DNA of 64,000 nucleotides from a virus. The DNA lies in IMG/VR virus record IMGVR_UViG_3300025121_000776, positions 122,856 to 186,855 of that record; one strand, written 5' to 3'. Shown piece by piece: positions 20,801 through 34,931 of the stretch. Every line of letters starts with the position of its first letter. Within the stretch, counting starts at the first letter, position 1. Both the position numbers and the translations under genes were made by a program. The notes beneath the pieces were generated by a model. That model searched no databases, was not told the DNA's origin, and worked only from the letters and a program-made list of their open reading frames with translations.

Positions 20801-23800
20801 TAGCTTAATTCCCCTTTTCTCTATAAGTTTCTTTATATGTTTGTAACCAACAAATTAAAAATTATGAAAATTATATTACAATATACTTGCGTTGCTTATT
20901 ATACCAATAATACTAAAAAGACTTTAATTTGTAAAGCTGACTTTGAAAATTTCAACTTATCATTAAACAACTTTAATGAAAAAGTTATTGATTGGAACAG
21001 ACAAGGACAAAACATGAAACAAATACAAAGCAAAGTAACTCCAATTTTGGGCTATGATTATTTCACAACTCCCGAACAACATATTGAAAATATGCGAATA
21101 ACTAAAACTAAACAATATCCAATTTCAACAGCACCTAAAATTACTTGCCCCAACTGTAATTTTAAATTTTAACAATATTCCCCCTTTTCTCCCCAGATTT
21201 CTTTATAAAAACAAAACAAAAAAGATTATGACAATAGCAATTTACATAGTGATTTCAATAATATCTTTTTGTTTAGGATATTATTTCTGTAAAAAAAGAT
21301 ACAATGTAAAAGGACTTATTAGACTTGCAGATTGTCAAGCTGATTTTATTGCAGGGGATATAACAAGAGAAAGAGCTTTAGAAATAATAAATGAAATTGA
21401 AAAATAACATATTGACAGGAAAGATTTAGTTTATTGGTTTGAAGAAGGGGGCTTGATTCCCCCTTTTTCATTTTGTTTTCTTTATATTCATAATTCAATT
21501 AAATAAATAAAAGCGATGGATGAAATTATAAAAGAAGCACTTATTAATTATTATAAAAATACTGATAATATTGATAAGTATGGGCAATTAAACATTTTCT
21601 ATATGCAAGCTTTTTATTTTATTAAGGATGAACTTTTGAGAAATAAAGTAATTGAGTTCATAAAAGAAGGAAAAAGTAAATTAGTAAAATTTCAAACTTA
21701 TGGTGGTAGATTTGGAGTTTATGAAGCAATTGCTATAATTGACAACAAACTTAATAGCGAGCTATCAATTGCTCTACGTTCAAATGAAACTTACAAAGAA
21801 AAAATGAGACATTGATAAACTTCCCCTTTTCTTTACAAATTTCTTTATATGTTTATAAATCAAAAAAGCTTAAAATGAAAACAATTATAATAAACTACAA
21901 AGATTTTGTTGAAAGCATGAATGACAACAAAAGAGTTGAGAAAGTTTTAACAGCTTTGCAGACTGCAAAAGTAGAGGAACAGAACCCAAACATGATTATT
22001 GTAAACTACTCAGACGAGGGCTACGCTTTGTTTAATGTTATAAAGATAGAAAACGAAATGAGATATGTACAGTCAAATGGAACGGCTGCATAAACTCTCC
22101 CCCTTTTCTTTGGGGTTTTCTTTATATGTTTATAACCAATAAAAAACTAAAGTCATGAATGAAGTATCAAATGAAAAATTTAAAATAGAATTTTATAGTT
22201 CAGAAGGTGACAGTCGTACATGGGATAACCTTACAAAAATGGTTTGTTGTCATGGCAAATACCGTTTAGGGGATAAGCATGATTATAATAGTAATGACTT
22301 TGATTCATGGGAAGATTTTAAAAAAGCTATTATTAAAAACGAAAAGGCTGTAATTATTAAACCGCTTTACATATACGACCATGGCGGTATAACTATTGCT
22401 ACTTCTCCATTTTCTTGCAGATGGGATAGTGGACAAGTTGGGTTTGTTTTTGTGACAAGAGAAACAATGTTAAAAGAATATGGTATTAAAAGAATAACCA
22501 AAAAGTATATTGAACAAGCAACCAAAGTATTAGGTGGTGAAGTTGAAACATACAAACAAGAAGTTGAAGGTGACGTTTGGGGTTTTAATTCTGAAAATCT
22601 TGAAACTGGCGAAACTGATAGTTGCGGAGGATTTTATGGAAGTGATTTTTGGGCAAATGGAATGACAGACCATATAAATGATGAAATAATTGAAGGTTTA
22701 AGAAGTGAATTAGAAGCTGAATTTGGAAAAGAGAAAAAATAAAGGAGGGGGAATTCCCCCTTTTCTCAGAATATTTCTTTATATAAACATAACCAATAAA
22801 AAACCAAAGTTATGAATATAGTAATAGTTGATAATTTTAAAACCGATGTAATGTTCAGAAAAGATATTACAAAAGATTTCAAAGGTACAATATTTGCAGT
22901 ATTTCCTCACGAAGTTGATAATTACAGAGGGGATATTATGACCTATCAACACGTAGGACAGCATAGTTCTGGGGATTATCAAGTTTGTTTACAACAATCA
23001 AAACCAGCAACCGTAGAAGAAAGTGCAGACTTAAAACGTGAAATGGAAGGCTTAGGATATGATTTAAACATAGTTCGCAGACAGAATCGAGATAAATACT
23101 TAAAAGAGTACAAAAGGGTTAATAAGGCTTAAAAAGAGCTGAGGGGAATTTTCCCCTTTTTTTGATTTATTTCTTTATATAATTATAATCAACAAATAAA
23201 AATTATGGCTTATTATATTACAATTTACAAACAAAAAAAATGTGGTGATAAGTTTAAAGTTAAAGCAAACGTAAAATTTGTGAAACAAGTTGTTCGTAAC
23301 CCCTTTAGTGAATACGGAAGGATTGCAACTGAAAACTTTATGAAACTATTTTCAGCAAGTCTTAATGAACCTGTGAAACTTTCAAAAAAGACGATTGAAA
23401 AAGCAATTGAAAATTACTCAAAACAAGCAAGTGATTTTAGGTGCTATAATTCAAAGTTTTTACCAATACTAAAAACAAGCAGTATTTTCAATTTTCTTAA
23501 TCGAATAAAATACGATTATTACATTGTGGGAAATTAATTTCCCCTTTTTTTGATTTATTTCTTTATATAATAAAATAAGAAGCCATGATAAAAGTAACAG
23601 CTACAGGAACACAAGAGTTTGAGATGATTAATGCAAAACTTGATAAACTTCCTTTTTTAATTCGTGAACAGATTGAGAGTGCTGAGAAAGCCCCTACGCA
23701 TGACGGAATTATTTGTAAGCTTAAAAGTTCTAAAATTAATGACCAAAACATTTGTCTACCAAAATCAGGCGTCCAACAAATTCTTGAAAGTGATAGAATA

Positions 23801-24962
23801 ATAACAATCATAATTGATAATTATGCCTTTATTTTTAAAATTCAAAGATTTGAACAAAATATTTCTTTTATGTTTAATCAATAATTCTCCCCCTTTTTCT
23901 TTTTGGTTTCTTTATATGTTTATAAAACCAATAACCATGAAAAATAATATCAAAAAAAACAGAATACTTTTTATTGAGGGTGCAAAGAAAATAATTGCAA
24001 ATTTGGGTGCAAAAATTATAAGTTTACCTACTTTTGCATGTGAAAATACAAAGTACTTATTAAAGACAAAAACAAATGTTTTAAACATTATTCTATATGA
24101 GGAAAATCATCAAGAATTTCTTTATTCAGTATTTTGCAGATTTGAAACCCCTTGCAAAGAAGCAAACAATCAACATTCGGGAAAGCATAATTTTCATCTT
24201 GCAAGTAAACTCCCTATACCCGAAATATTAAAAGAATTAGAAAATCACTTAAAAAATGCAATTGAAGTTTAAGGGGAACTCTCCCCCTTTTTCTTTTTAT
24301 TTTCTTTATATAAATAAAAATAAACGAATATGAGAAACATTTTTAATACCATAGTAACAACCAAAAGACACAGAGAAATTGGTTATTGTGAATCTTCAGA
24401 TTTTGGCAAAATTGAACTTATTGCTTTAGAATCAAGTGAAAAGGAATTAATTGTTTCCTTTAATGATTATAAAGATAAAAAAGAGTTTATTGCTTTTGAA
24501 GGTCATGCTTACGCAAAAGTAAATAAAAGCTCTTATTTTGGTGGAATGTCAAGAGAAGAAGAAGGAAGTTGGGCGAAAAAGCAAGGCAAGTTTTCAGAAA
24601 GAACTGCAATCAAATTACTTTTAGAATTAAGGAAACGATTTGAAAACACGTTTTCAAATGTTAGTTCTGCAAAATATATTCTAATTGATAGAACTCTTTA
24701 TGTTCAATATTGTAAACTCAAAGACCTTGCAATTACAGTTTGCGGAAACATGTTGTTTGCTCATTGGATAAGCATTAATATTGAATGTCATGAAGGTAAA
24801 GAAAATATAAAGCTTAATAAAAGCAATTTTGAAAAGATTGTTAAAGCACAATATGAAAGATGGAAACAGGGCAACCCCAAAACCAAAAGTATTGATGGTC
24901 ATACTCACAGTTGTTTCTCAAAACCAACTAATGTAAAATGGGGTGAAAAGTTTGTTGCTTAA
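17865..24962 (+). CDS. About 18 small monocistronic hypothetical genes (e.g. 17865-18191, 18261-18500, 18946-19263, 19335-19631, 20461-20808, 22155-22742, 22812-23132, 23585-23884, 24330-24962)
   Basis: ORF track; each preceded by the class-1 motif. Several track ORFs are over-extended 5' through the promoter. Confidence 0.7.
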
Positions 24963-25021
24963 TTTTCCCCTTTTCTCCCTACTTTTCTTTATATCTTCAT
25001 AACCAATAAATTTAAAAAGCC

Positions 25022-25358
25022 ATGAAAACAATAAACAAAATTATTACCAAAGTTGATACAAGTCGAGGTGCACCAATAATTCCGTCATGCGTAGGGGCTT
25101 TCTCAGCACTCTCAATCTGTTCACGAATTTTTATCAAGTTTTGCATTAATCATCTCAAACTCTTGTGTTCCTGTGGGCAGGAGTAATGTTGGAACTGAGA
25201 AAGACGCAAAAGGCAAAAGAATTTTTGATTGTGCTGTACCAATGAGTTCAGACGGTGCATACGATTCTAAAGGAGCATATTTTGGAATTGGAAGACAATT
25301 AAGGGTTAAATATACAAAAGATTTAACTTTTATAAAGTTTTATAGAAGGGGAGAATAA
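25022..25358 (+). pseudogene. GAPMGR-type small gene interrupted by a 97-bp inverted insertion
   Basis: Removing 25078-25174 restores ...SRGAP-M-GRSNVG...; the insert is the reverse complement of 23603-23710 lacking 11 bp. Confidence 0.8.
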
Positions 25359-25416
25359 TTCCCCTTTTTTTAAAACTTTTTCTTTATATCTTTATAACCA
25401 ATAAAAATCTAAAACC

Positions 25417-28400
25417 ATGAGTACAGAATGGAAATTTGTAATAATATTAGGGTTCATAATAACCATTTTGTGTATAGTTTTCGGAGGTTTTCAAGGTATT
25501 ATTGACGCTGTAAAAGATATAATTGCTTTTGTAATGTTTTGGGGGTTTATTGCTCTTATTATTGCAGGTCTTTACTTTTTACTAAAAAGATTTGAAAAAA
25601 ACAAAAAAGAATAATTAATGTATAATTGCTATAACGAAGCTGTTATTTATCTTAGAGATAAATTAGGCACAAAAGAAGTTCATCATGGTTTTGTTACAAA
25701 AGAAGTAAAACAACATAGAATTGATAAAACTTATAAAGATGAAAAGATTAAGCCAAATTCAGATGAAGCCATAATTGACTGTTTATTAAAACAATATTAT
25801 TTTGGGATTGACGCAAAGAAAGAATTGTTTTATAAATTACAAAGCTTGGGTGTAAAAACTTTAATAAATTAAAAATAACATTATGGAAATGTATAACTTA
25901 GAACGTGAAAGGTTTGAAACTCCCGAAGAAAGAAAAATAAGACTTGGACTTGTAAAGCACAAACAAACTTGTGAAAAAAACCGAAGAAAAAGAAAAGCAA
26001 AGAGAAAAAAATAATTCCCCCTTTTTTTCTCAAATTTCTTTATATGTTTATATAACCAATAAAAACAAAAAAAATGGAACACAAAATAAAAAAACCAAAA
26101 GGAACTTTTTATTCTGATTATGTAATTGAAAACGGAAAGTGTTATGCAATTTTTGAAACTGTTGATAACAGGGTGCATAAAACACTTGTTTGCAATACTA
26201 AAAAGAAAAATTCAGATTGGAGGACTTTTAAAATAAAAGAAACAAAAAAATTGTTAAAAATAAATCTTTTTGACAGAGAAAAACTTAAGTTAGAATCAAA
26301 TCAGTATATTCCTTATGAAGGAAAACGGTTGCCAAGTGGAATGCCAGCGTGTGCAACATATTACTACTTTGTAAATTCAGAGGGTAAAACAGTTGATAAA
26401 GTAACTTTAAAACCTTACAAAGGCAAACAAATGAACCGTTATGCTATGAAGTCGAAAACAGAAGCAAAAGCATATTTAGAAGTTATAAACAAGGGGGTTT
26501 AACTCTCCCCCTTTTTTATTTTTGTTTCTTTATATAATTGTAACCAAAAAATAAAATTATGGCAAATACAAAAAAATGGGATAAACATTTACAACCTATC
26601 ATTGATGATTTTAATGAGGGTGGCAATGAAGCTTTAGATGGCGATGATGTTGATTTCTTGGTTAAAATCATTAAACTTAAACTTAATTTTATGCAAGGCA
26701 ATTTAACACAAAAGGAATACGACACAAAACTTGCTCGTTTAAAATGGAAATACAGTTAAATAAGGGGGTTTCCCCTTTTTTAAAACTTTTTCTTTATATG
26801 TTTATAACCAATAAAAACAAATGTCTTATGAATTTCAATAACAAACATTTTAAAACTCGCACTCTTAAAGTAGAAGTTGGGGACAATACAAGAACTTACA
26901 CAATTGCAGACGAAAGTTTGTTGCAAGAAATTAATAGTGTAACCACTTCAGAAGCTCAATTAAAAGGAACAAATATTGATGAACAAATTTATTTTTATGT
27001 TGATAAAGGACAATTAGAGCTTCCAGCAAAAGAAATTTGCGAAAAGCATTTAGACGTTCCAATGAAATTTGTTGAAGAAATATTTTAAACTATTATAAAA
27101 ACCATGAAAAAATTCAGTATAAGACTAAAAGAAATGTATGCAGAAGCAGAGGCAAGACTTTCTACTCTTATTGATGAAAATGGAACTGAAAGTAAACATT
27201 CCAGCAATAAAAGTCTTAAAATCAAAAAAGATGATTTAAAATATAATTTATCGGGAGGTCGTTATTTAACTGAAATTAAAAAAGTAAGTAAATTCACTGA
27301 CGAAATTGAATTAGTTGATAATGGCGGATATACTTATAATTGTTCAGTGATGGATTCTGACAATTTCTTCGAGGTAGTTGATTATTTATTTGAAACTTAT
27401 TAACTCACCCCTTTTTTTTTAAAAGTTCTTTATATAACCAGGTATTGGAGACAAAATCAGAACCAAACGGAGTTTTCCTGGTAAAGTTTAATTATAGACT
27501 GGATGTAAAAAAAGGTATAATAAAAATATTTAAAGATTCGGTTTTTTCATGGTTTATATTGGTTAATAAAGGGGAGCTGGTTACTCCCCTTCTTCTTTCT
27601 CCCCCTTTTCTCCCCAGATTTCTTTATATGTTTATAAACAAAAAATCATGCAACCATTACAAACAAGTCAAGAAATTGTAAGCACTTTTAGTCAATTGTC
27701 AAAAAGAGAAACCAAAGATGCTTTTATATTTCATTTAATTGGTAGTCCTGTAACATTCAGATATGTTAAAAAAGATTTTACTTTACAAACTATTACTTTT
27801 GGGCAAATAGTATGTAAACAAACTGTTTGCAAACCTTTAAGCTTTCAAGACTTTTTGCTTGTGGCACATGAAACATTTAATATAGTTATAAAAAGAAATT
27901 TTGGCGATAACTAACAATGAGCAAAATAAAAGATAAATATAATAAAAACAAAAACGCAAAGGTCGGGGAAACTTGCACCTGCCCAAGTTGCAACACTTCT
28001 TTTGTAAAAGAAAGTTATCAGCAAGTTTTCTGTAAAAGCAAAGGGGGTACAATTTGCAAAGATAAATACTGGAATACCGTAACACCAAGTAAAAGAAATA
28101 ATACAACAAGAATAAGCCCAGCCAATAAAGCTTTTAAAGAAAGTGATAGGGGTAAAGAGATTATAAACCAAAAATTGTGGGGTATGAGTGCCCCAAATAT
28201 AGTTGGTGGTTCGGGGGTAATTTCGGGTATAACAAGTGAAGGCTATAGAATAATGGACGGCACAGCTTACGATGAATTTGATGACGCAATTTATGATGTT
28301 TAATTCTCCCCCTTTTTTTTATTCAGTTTCTTTATACAATAAAAAAACAAAACAACATGAAAAAGTTTTTTAAAAATTTACTTGCCAATTTACTTGATTG

Positions 28401-29088
28401 GCAGTTTATCCCCAAAGTAGGGGACAAAGTAAAAGTTGCGGTTGGATTTTGCTCTTATGAAAATGAAGGGATTGTATCAAGTGTGTATAAAGATAAACAA
28501 GGGGGCTATTGTTGGATTGACCAATTTAGCCCTAAAGGGAAATATATAAGAAGTTTTACTGCTTCATTTAGCTATTGTGTGTTTAAGTTTCTTTAATTCC
28601 CCCTTTTTTCTCAAACTTTCTTTATATATTCATAATCAAAAAAACAATTTAATATGATAATAACAATTGATACACATTATTGTTCAAGAGAAGAACTACA
28701 AGAACTGAAAGATTACTTAAGTAATAACTCTTGGGACTTCAAAACAAATGAAGTAAAAGAAGAAAAAGAAGTACTTCATGTATTGGGCGAAAATTCAATT
28801 AATGGAATTAAAATAAAAGAAAGAATTTTTCAAGAAGAATTATTTGAGTACAAAATAATTGACAGAAAAGAGTTTATTGATGAATTGATTCGTTGGATTG
28901 GAGAAGCAAAAAGTACTGATAAAGTTCTAATGAAGCAAGATTTGGAATTGCTTATGAATACAACTGATGACTTTATGTTTAGCTCTATTTCAACTAATGA
29001 GTATGTAGGAAAAGAAGATTCCAATTTTGATGAATTATGTGAGGAATTATTAAAGTTAAATAAAGAGACAAAAAAGGGGAAAAAATAA
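25417..29088 (+). CDS. About 11 small hypothetical genes in promoter modules
   Basis: ORF track (25417, 25618, 26074, 26559, 26826, 27104, 27648, 27917 with CxxC motifs, 28357, 28654). Confidence 0.65.
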
Positions 29089-29166
29089 TTCCCCCCCTTT
29101 TTCTCAGCTTTTTCTTTATATGTTTATAACCAGAATAAGTTTTTTTCGTATAAAAAAATAAATGCT

Positions 29167-30075
29167 ATGACAAAAAAAAATCCTTTAGATGATTTTTATA
29201 AACTCAATTCATTAATTTCTCCAAACGGAATAAATGGATTTATGGGCGGTTTATTTGCTCATATGGAAAAAAGCGAAAGACGGCAAAGAAATGCTTTTGC
29301 AGGTATTACGTCCAATGAAGAAGGACTTTTTGGGGTTGAAGGTAAAATTCCTTTTGAATATGTTAATATTGAATTTAAAAACAAAATATACGAATGCCTT
29401 TTAAATTGCAATAAAACTCACGAATTTGATGTTTATGACAAGGATTGTAATTTACTTTTCCAAGCTGATAAATTTGATAACTTAAAAGAGGGAATGTTCG
29501 CTGTAAGAATTGGCGAAAGAAAAAATAATGATTATGATTATGCTATTTACAACGGCTCAAAAAGAGTTTCTGACTTTAATTTTAGAGTTGGGGGTTTAAG
29601 CTCTGGATTTGAAGGGCAATTTTGCGAAATATTATACAGACATCCAACACAAGAAAAATATTTATCTACACACGTTGTAATAAACAAAGAGGGCGAAATT
29701 ATACTTAAAGCTGAGGGAAGTTATTCAGATTATATTTCTATTCACAAAAACATTGCTTTTAATGGCAAAAAGGTTTTTAACCTTTTGACAAGAGAATTAA
29801 TTTGTGAACAAACATACAGTTCAGATTCAACCATTAAAATAAAAGATGAAGTTTTTGTAAAAGTAGGCGATAACGCTGTTTACAAAATAAATAAATATTC
29901 TGGCGAATTTGAAATTTTCGGTACTCTCCCCGAACCTAAGAAAGAAGTTGTTTATACTCCACCAGTTCCAAAAGAAAAAGTGGTTGTTCTCCCCAAACAA
30001 CAAAGAAATGAAATTTGTCGTTGTGGGAGCAATAAGAAAGTTAAACATTGTAATTGCAAAAATAATGGAGGATAA
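29167..30075 (+). CDS. Hypothetical protein with C-terminal SEC-C-like Zn motif
   Basis: QRNEICRCGSNKKVKHC. Confidence 0.7.
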   Translation: MTKKNPLDDFYKLNSLISPNGINGFMGGLFAHMEKSERRQRNAFAGITSNEEGLFGVEGKIPFEYVNIEFKNKIYECLLNCNKTHEFDVYDKDCNLLFQADKFDNLKEGMFAVRIGERKNNDYDYAIYNGSKRVSDFNFRVGGLSSGFEGQFCEILYRHPTQEKYLSTHVVINKEGEIILKAEGSYSDYISIHKNIAFNGKKVFNLLTRELICEQTYSSDSTIKIKDEVFVKVGDNAVYKINKYSGEFEIFGTLPEPKKEVVYTPPVPKEKVVVLPKQQRNEICRCGSNKKVKHCNCKNNGG

Positions 30076-33000
30076 CAATATACAAAACAACGAAGTCTCC
30101 CCCGAAAAGAAAAAAGGAATGACCATTGGGATTATTGGAGATGGTGGACTTATTGGAGCTAAGCACGCTTTAGCTATGGCTCAAAAAGATATTGGCACTC
30201 TTGTTAAAACTGAAATTCCCGAAATAGTATCTAAACTTGCTTTAAAAATGGCAGACAAAGGTGTCATTATCATTGTTGGAGCAACCGATACTGAACCTTC
30301 TTATAAAATTGAAAATGGCGTTGCAAGTGTTTTTGATGGCAAAGTTGTTACAGATTCAGAGGGCAAAAGAATTGTTTTAGATGATTCCAAATATGATAAA
30401 CAATTGCCTTTAAGTCTTTTTGAAAGAGACTCTCCCTCATTAGTTTCAAAAGCTGAGCTTTTAAATGAAATGATTCCCTCGATGGAAATGTTTGATGGCA
30501 CACCAAATAAATTAAGTTTAATAAGAAATCTTAAGCTCTCCCCCGAACAAATAGATTACTTTATGTTTGCACCACCTCAAAGGTTGGAGGGGGAAAAACA
30601 TGATGATTATAAAAGACGACAAATGTTAAATAAATTATTAATTAAATATAGGGGTTTATATTAATTCCCCCCTTTTTAAAAAAGTTTCTTTATATAAACA
30701 TGAAAGAATTTTTAAGAAAATGGATTGAAGCTCAACTTGTAACTTTTAAAGGATGTGAACATCTTTTTTTAAAAACTATAGAGAAAGCTAATTACGGAAA
30801 ATTTGCAAGTAAAGACTTTACGATAAAAACACGAATTACTTTGCAAAACAAAGACCATGATTTAATTAGGTTTATTGTTCCGTGTTTTTATACACTTACT
30901 GAAATTAAAAATGCTTTAAAAAATGGATACGAACTGTATTGGGATTTTAAAGGCAGAAATTCAGTAAGCAATTCTGAAATAACATTAAAGAAAATAAAAA
31001 CTAAGTAATTCCCCCTTTTTAAATATAATTTCTTTATATAAACAAAAAGCCATGAAAGCAATAGTAAAAGTCAAAAAAGGAAGTGTATATAGCAATTTCA
31101 ATGGATTAACTTTTGAAGTTGAAGAAATTAATTCCACTTTTGTTCGTTTAGATATTAATGGAATTTCTACTGATTTTTTATATACCGAAGTAATTATGTA
31201 GATTATTCAAAAAGAATATCAAAAAGCTTTTGATAATTATAATTTCAATGGAGATAGTACTGTTATTAGACTACAAACTTATGCTACAAAAAACACTATT
31301 TTTTTAGACAAACCTGAATATAATTGTCCTGCATAATTCCCCCTTTTTCTCATAAATTTCTTTATATCAATGAATCAAAAATTACAATTATGCAAATTAT
31401 AACAAGAGATGAAGACGGAGTAATTATTATGACATGTTCAACTGAAATGGCAAAAGTCCTTTTTTTATCCAGAGTAAGAAAATCAGTAACCCAATTCGTT
31501 AATAACAACAAAGAGGTTAAAGCAGTTTTTTCAAAAACTTTTACCTTTAACGACTTAGCAACTTTTTCAAAAGATTCCCGCTTGATAAATATTTTAGCAA
31601 TGAATTATATTTTTGGATTTACAGCTGTAAGTGTAAAAGAAAACATAGGTGGATTTGATAGCCAAACAAATTTGCTTAATAGCTGATTTCCCCTTTTCTC
31701 AAAAAGTTTCTTTATATTAATATAACCAAAAACAAAGGCAATGTCAAAAGTATTCCCAAATTCGATAATTAAATATGATGAATTACCCACAATAAACGGG
31801 GAATTAATTGAATCTATTTTCGCTTATAAATGGAAAGAAAACTATTATAAAGCAGGAGATTGTCCAACAGGAGAAAAACCAGACTTTTTTCTTTGTCAAT
31901 CATATTTTAGATGTCACACCCCCCATTATAGCAGAAGAGTAAGAACATTACCCGAAGTTTTTCAAAAACTTCTGTTAAACGCAGATGGAACTTATAAAGG
32001 TCGTTATTTATCATATAGGACAAGATGTTCGGGAAATGGGGGATTTGTTGATGAATCTATATCTTTAAATGGCGATGGTAAACATGTCGCTTATTACAGA
32101 GGAAGTAATGATGAAATGGGAATACTGGAAAAATCAGAAATAGCACAATTAATGATTTTTACTCTTAACAAAAAGTACAAATGCGAAGAAGTCGGAGATT
32201 ATGAATTTACTCCAAATCCCTGTACGCATTTAAGAAATGAAGGTGGTTTGTTTTATCCTGATGTAGCTTGTAGTGGGTGGCGTTGGATGCATGGAATGCC
32301 CTATGTTTCCAATAATTATCCAAAAAGAGAAAACATAAGAGTTTTTAATGAATACTTAAATGCTCACATGTACTTGCAAAAAGTTAATTCTGTTGAAGTG
32401 GGGGACGAAGATTTATTAACTGTTGACTTCCCTTTTCAAGACGATAAAAGAGGAGATTTATTTTGTAATCCATCACGTTGGAATGATACAAGAAATAACG
32501 AATTAATTCGTTATAAAATATTACACAAAAAACGTGAAAAAAATGTTTTTGAAGTTGGTGCTTGCTATAATGGTGAAGTGCAATTTAAAAAAGAAATGTA
32601 TGGAGATTCATTTTATAAAATAGTAAGCATTATTTTCATAGACTAAACTCTCCCCCTTTTTTCTTTCAGTTTCTTTATATGTTTATAAATCAATAAAATT
32701 TTTCAATTATGGGCGGATTCACTCAAATAAAGCTAAAAGATGTTTCTATTCAGAACATCGAAAAACAAAATGCAATTTTGGATATTCACAAAGTACCAAA
32801 AAAATATCGTTTTAAATCTTTAGAAACAGTACAAATAATCGAGTATGAATATTTTAAAAGAGGGCTTGGTACTTTTCATGAAAGTCAATTCCCCAAAGAC
32901 AAAATAAAATCTTTAGCAGATTTTAAAAAGTATTGGAATCCAAAAGCAATAGGAGAAATATTTTGTGCTTATTCTGGAACATTGCAATTTGATTGTTATT

Positions 33001-34096
33001 TTGGCAGAACTTCAAAAAGTGCTATGCGAAAAATTGGCAAATACCTTGCTGAAAATATTAATGAAATAAGAGAAGTTGACGGTTCATTTTCAACCTTTTT
33101 AGAAAGAGGAACAACAAAAGCAGAAGTAAAAATAATTACAGAAAGCGGTTTGAAAATTTAACAAGGGGGATTTTCCCCCTTTTTTATTTCCTTTTCTTTA
33201 TATCAATATAACCAAAAACTTATAATATGAGCTATACTCTCTTTTATGACAAACAATTCATCAAAGTAAAAAAAGATGAAAAAACAGTATTTGTACCAAT
33301 GATTTATGGCGGTTCAAACAATTGCTATGAAGTTGGTAAAGGTGGCAGAAGTGGCAGACGTGAAAGAGATTGGTTTGTTTTAAAGTTTATTCTTAATGGT
33401 AAAATTGCAGGTACACTCGAAGAAATGTTAGAAAAAGCAGAGGCTGAAAAAGTAGAACTAATTGAAAGAAATAAAGATGATGACAACAAATATTCAGATG
33501 ACCGCTTTGGTTGGTTTTCTTCTCTTTCTTTGGGTGGTGGGTGCAAAGTCACTTTTGGACAATATAAAGGTGTTTTTATAACAGGGTGCAAAAAAGCTCT
33601 TACAGTAGAAGAATTAAAAGAGTTTGGCGTAGGTGTTTATATTTCAACATATCTTTACGAAGATAGCAAAAAAGAAGCTCTTAAGCAAGCAGGAAAAGAA
33701 ATGAAATATGTTGAAATTAACTCTTCAGATGAACTTTTAACAAAATTTGAAGAAACAGAAAAATACTATGAGGGCACAGGGGTTTCTGTTTACTTAAAAA
33801 TTGATGCCTTTGAACATCAAATGAAAAGAATACGTAAAGCAAAATTCCCCACAACAAAAAAAGTAAAACAACTTGTTGAAGTTGATAAATACTTTGTAAT
33901 TAGAGTTGAACATTGTGGATATTTTCATAGTGCAATGAGAAATGGTTTTAGACACACTCCCTATTCAGATTCGGCAAAAGGTTTTATTACAGAAAAAGAA
34001 GCTGAGAAGTATTTAAAGAAATTTAAACAAAGAAATTCAAGAATAGCAAGTATTGAACTTGTGAATGAAAAAAATCGAATATTAACTTTGGTTTAA
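30062..34096 (+). CDS. Hypothetical proteins (about 30062-30664, 30700-31008, 31390-31686, 31741-32646, 32709-33161, 33227-34096)
   Basis: ORF track plus class-1 promoters. Confidence 0.65.
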
Positions 34097-34163
34097 AGGG
34101 GACAACTCTCCCCCTTTTTTAATTCCTTTTCTTTATAGTTACATAACCAAAAAAACAAATAAA

Positions 34164-34931
34164 ATGAATTTACTAAAATTAGGCACAGGAAACGCAAAGT
34201 TAAAAAATGATATTGCTATAGTGGACCTCCCAGCTGGTTTTACGTGTCCTTATTCTAAAGACTGCGGGGATAAGGTGGACCCAGTGACTGGCAAATTAAT
34301 TAAAAATCCAAAAGCAAAATTTCGTTGTTTCGCTGCAACCAGTGAGCTAATTTCCGCAGCTGCAAGACGTAAAAGGTGGCACAATTTTAATCTAATTAAA
34401 GAATGCAAAAGCTCAAAAGAAATTGCAGATTTAATTATAAATTCACTTAATGCAAACAAATTCACAAAAGCAGCTCCAAAGGTTCGCATTCATTCAAGCG
34501 GTGACTTTTTTAATCAGAAATATTTTAATGCTTGGTTGCTTGTTGCAAATGCAATGCCCGAAAAAACGTTTTATGCTTATACAAAGAGTTTAAAATTTTG
34601 GGTTGCACAATTGAATAATATACCCGCAAACTTTCATCTTATCGCTTCTAAAGGGGGTAAAAATGATAGTTTAATCGAAAAACACAATCTTAAAAACGTA
34701 GAAATAGTTTTTTCACTTAATGAAGCAATTGAAAAGGGCTTAGAAATTGACCACGATGATAGTCATTGCTATAATAAAGATGTAAAAAAGTTTGCCCTAC
34801 TTTTACATGGGACCCAGCCAAAAAACAGCTTAGCCTCCGTAGCCATTCAAAAATTAAGAAAAGAAGGAATTATGGGATACCAGAGGGGCGTTGTCGGTGC
34901 TGGTAGAATTGAAAAAACAAAAGCAGCATAA
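34164..34931 (+). CDS. Phage Gp88-like protein
   Basis: DLPAGFTCP, CFAA, VRIHSSGDF, FYAYTK pattern recognised from memory of the family. Confidence 0.7.
   Translation: MNLLKLGTGNAKLKNDIAIVDLPAGFTCPYSKDCGDKVDPVTGKLIKNPKAKFRCFAATSELISAAARRKRWHNFNLIKECKSSKEIADLIINSLNANKFTKAAPKVRIHSSGDFFNQKYFNAWLLVANAMPEKTFYAYTKSLKFWVAQLNNIPANFHLIASKGGKNDSLIEKHNLKNVEIVFSLNEAIEKGLEIDHDDSHCYNKDVKKFALLLHGTQPKNSLASVAIQKLRKEGIMGYQRGVVGAGRIEKTKAA

Noticed and set aside
23603-25174. Diversity-generating retroelement template/variable repeat pair
   Set aside because: The copy is inverted and identical apart from a deletion, with no adenine-specific substitutions, and no reverse transcriptase is in the window.
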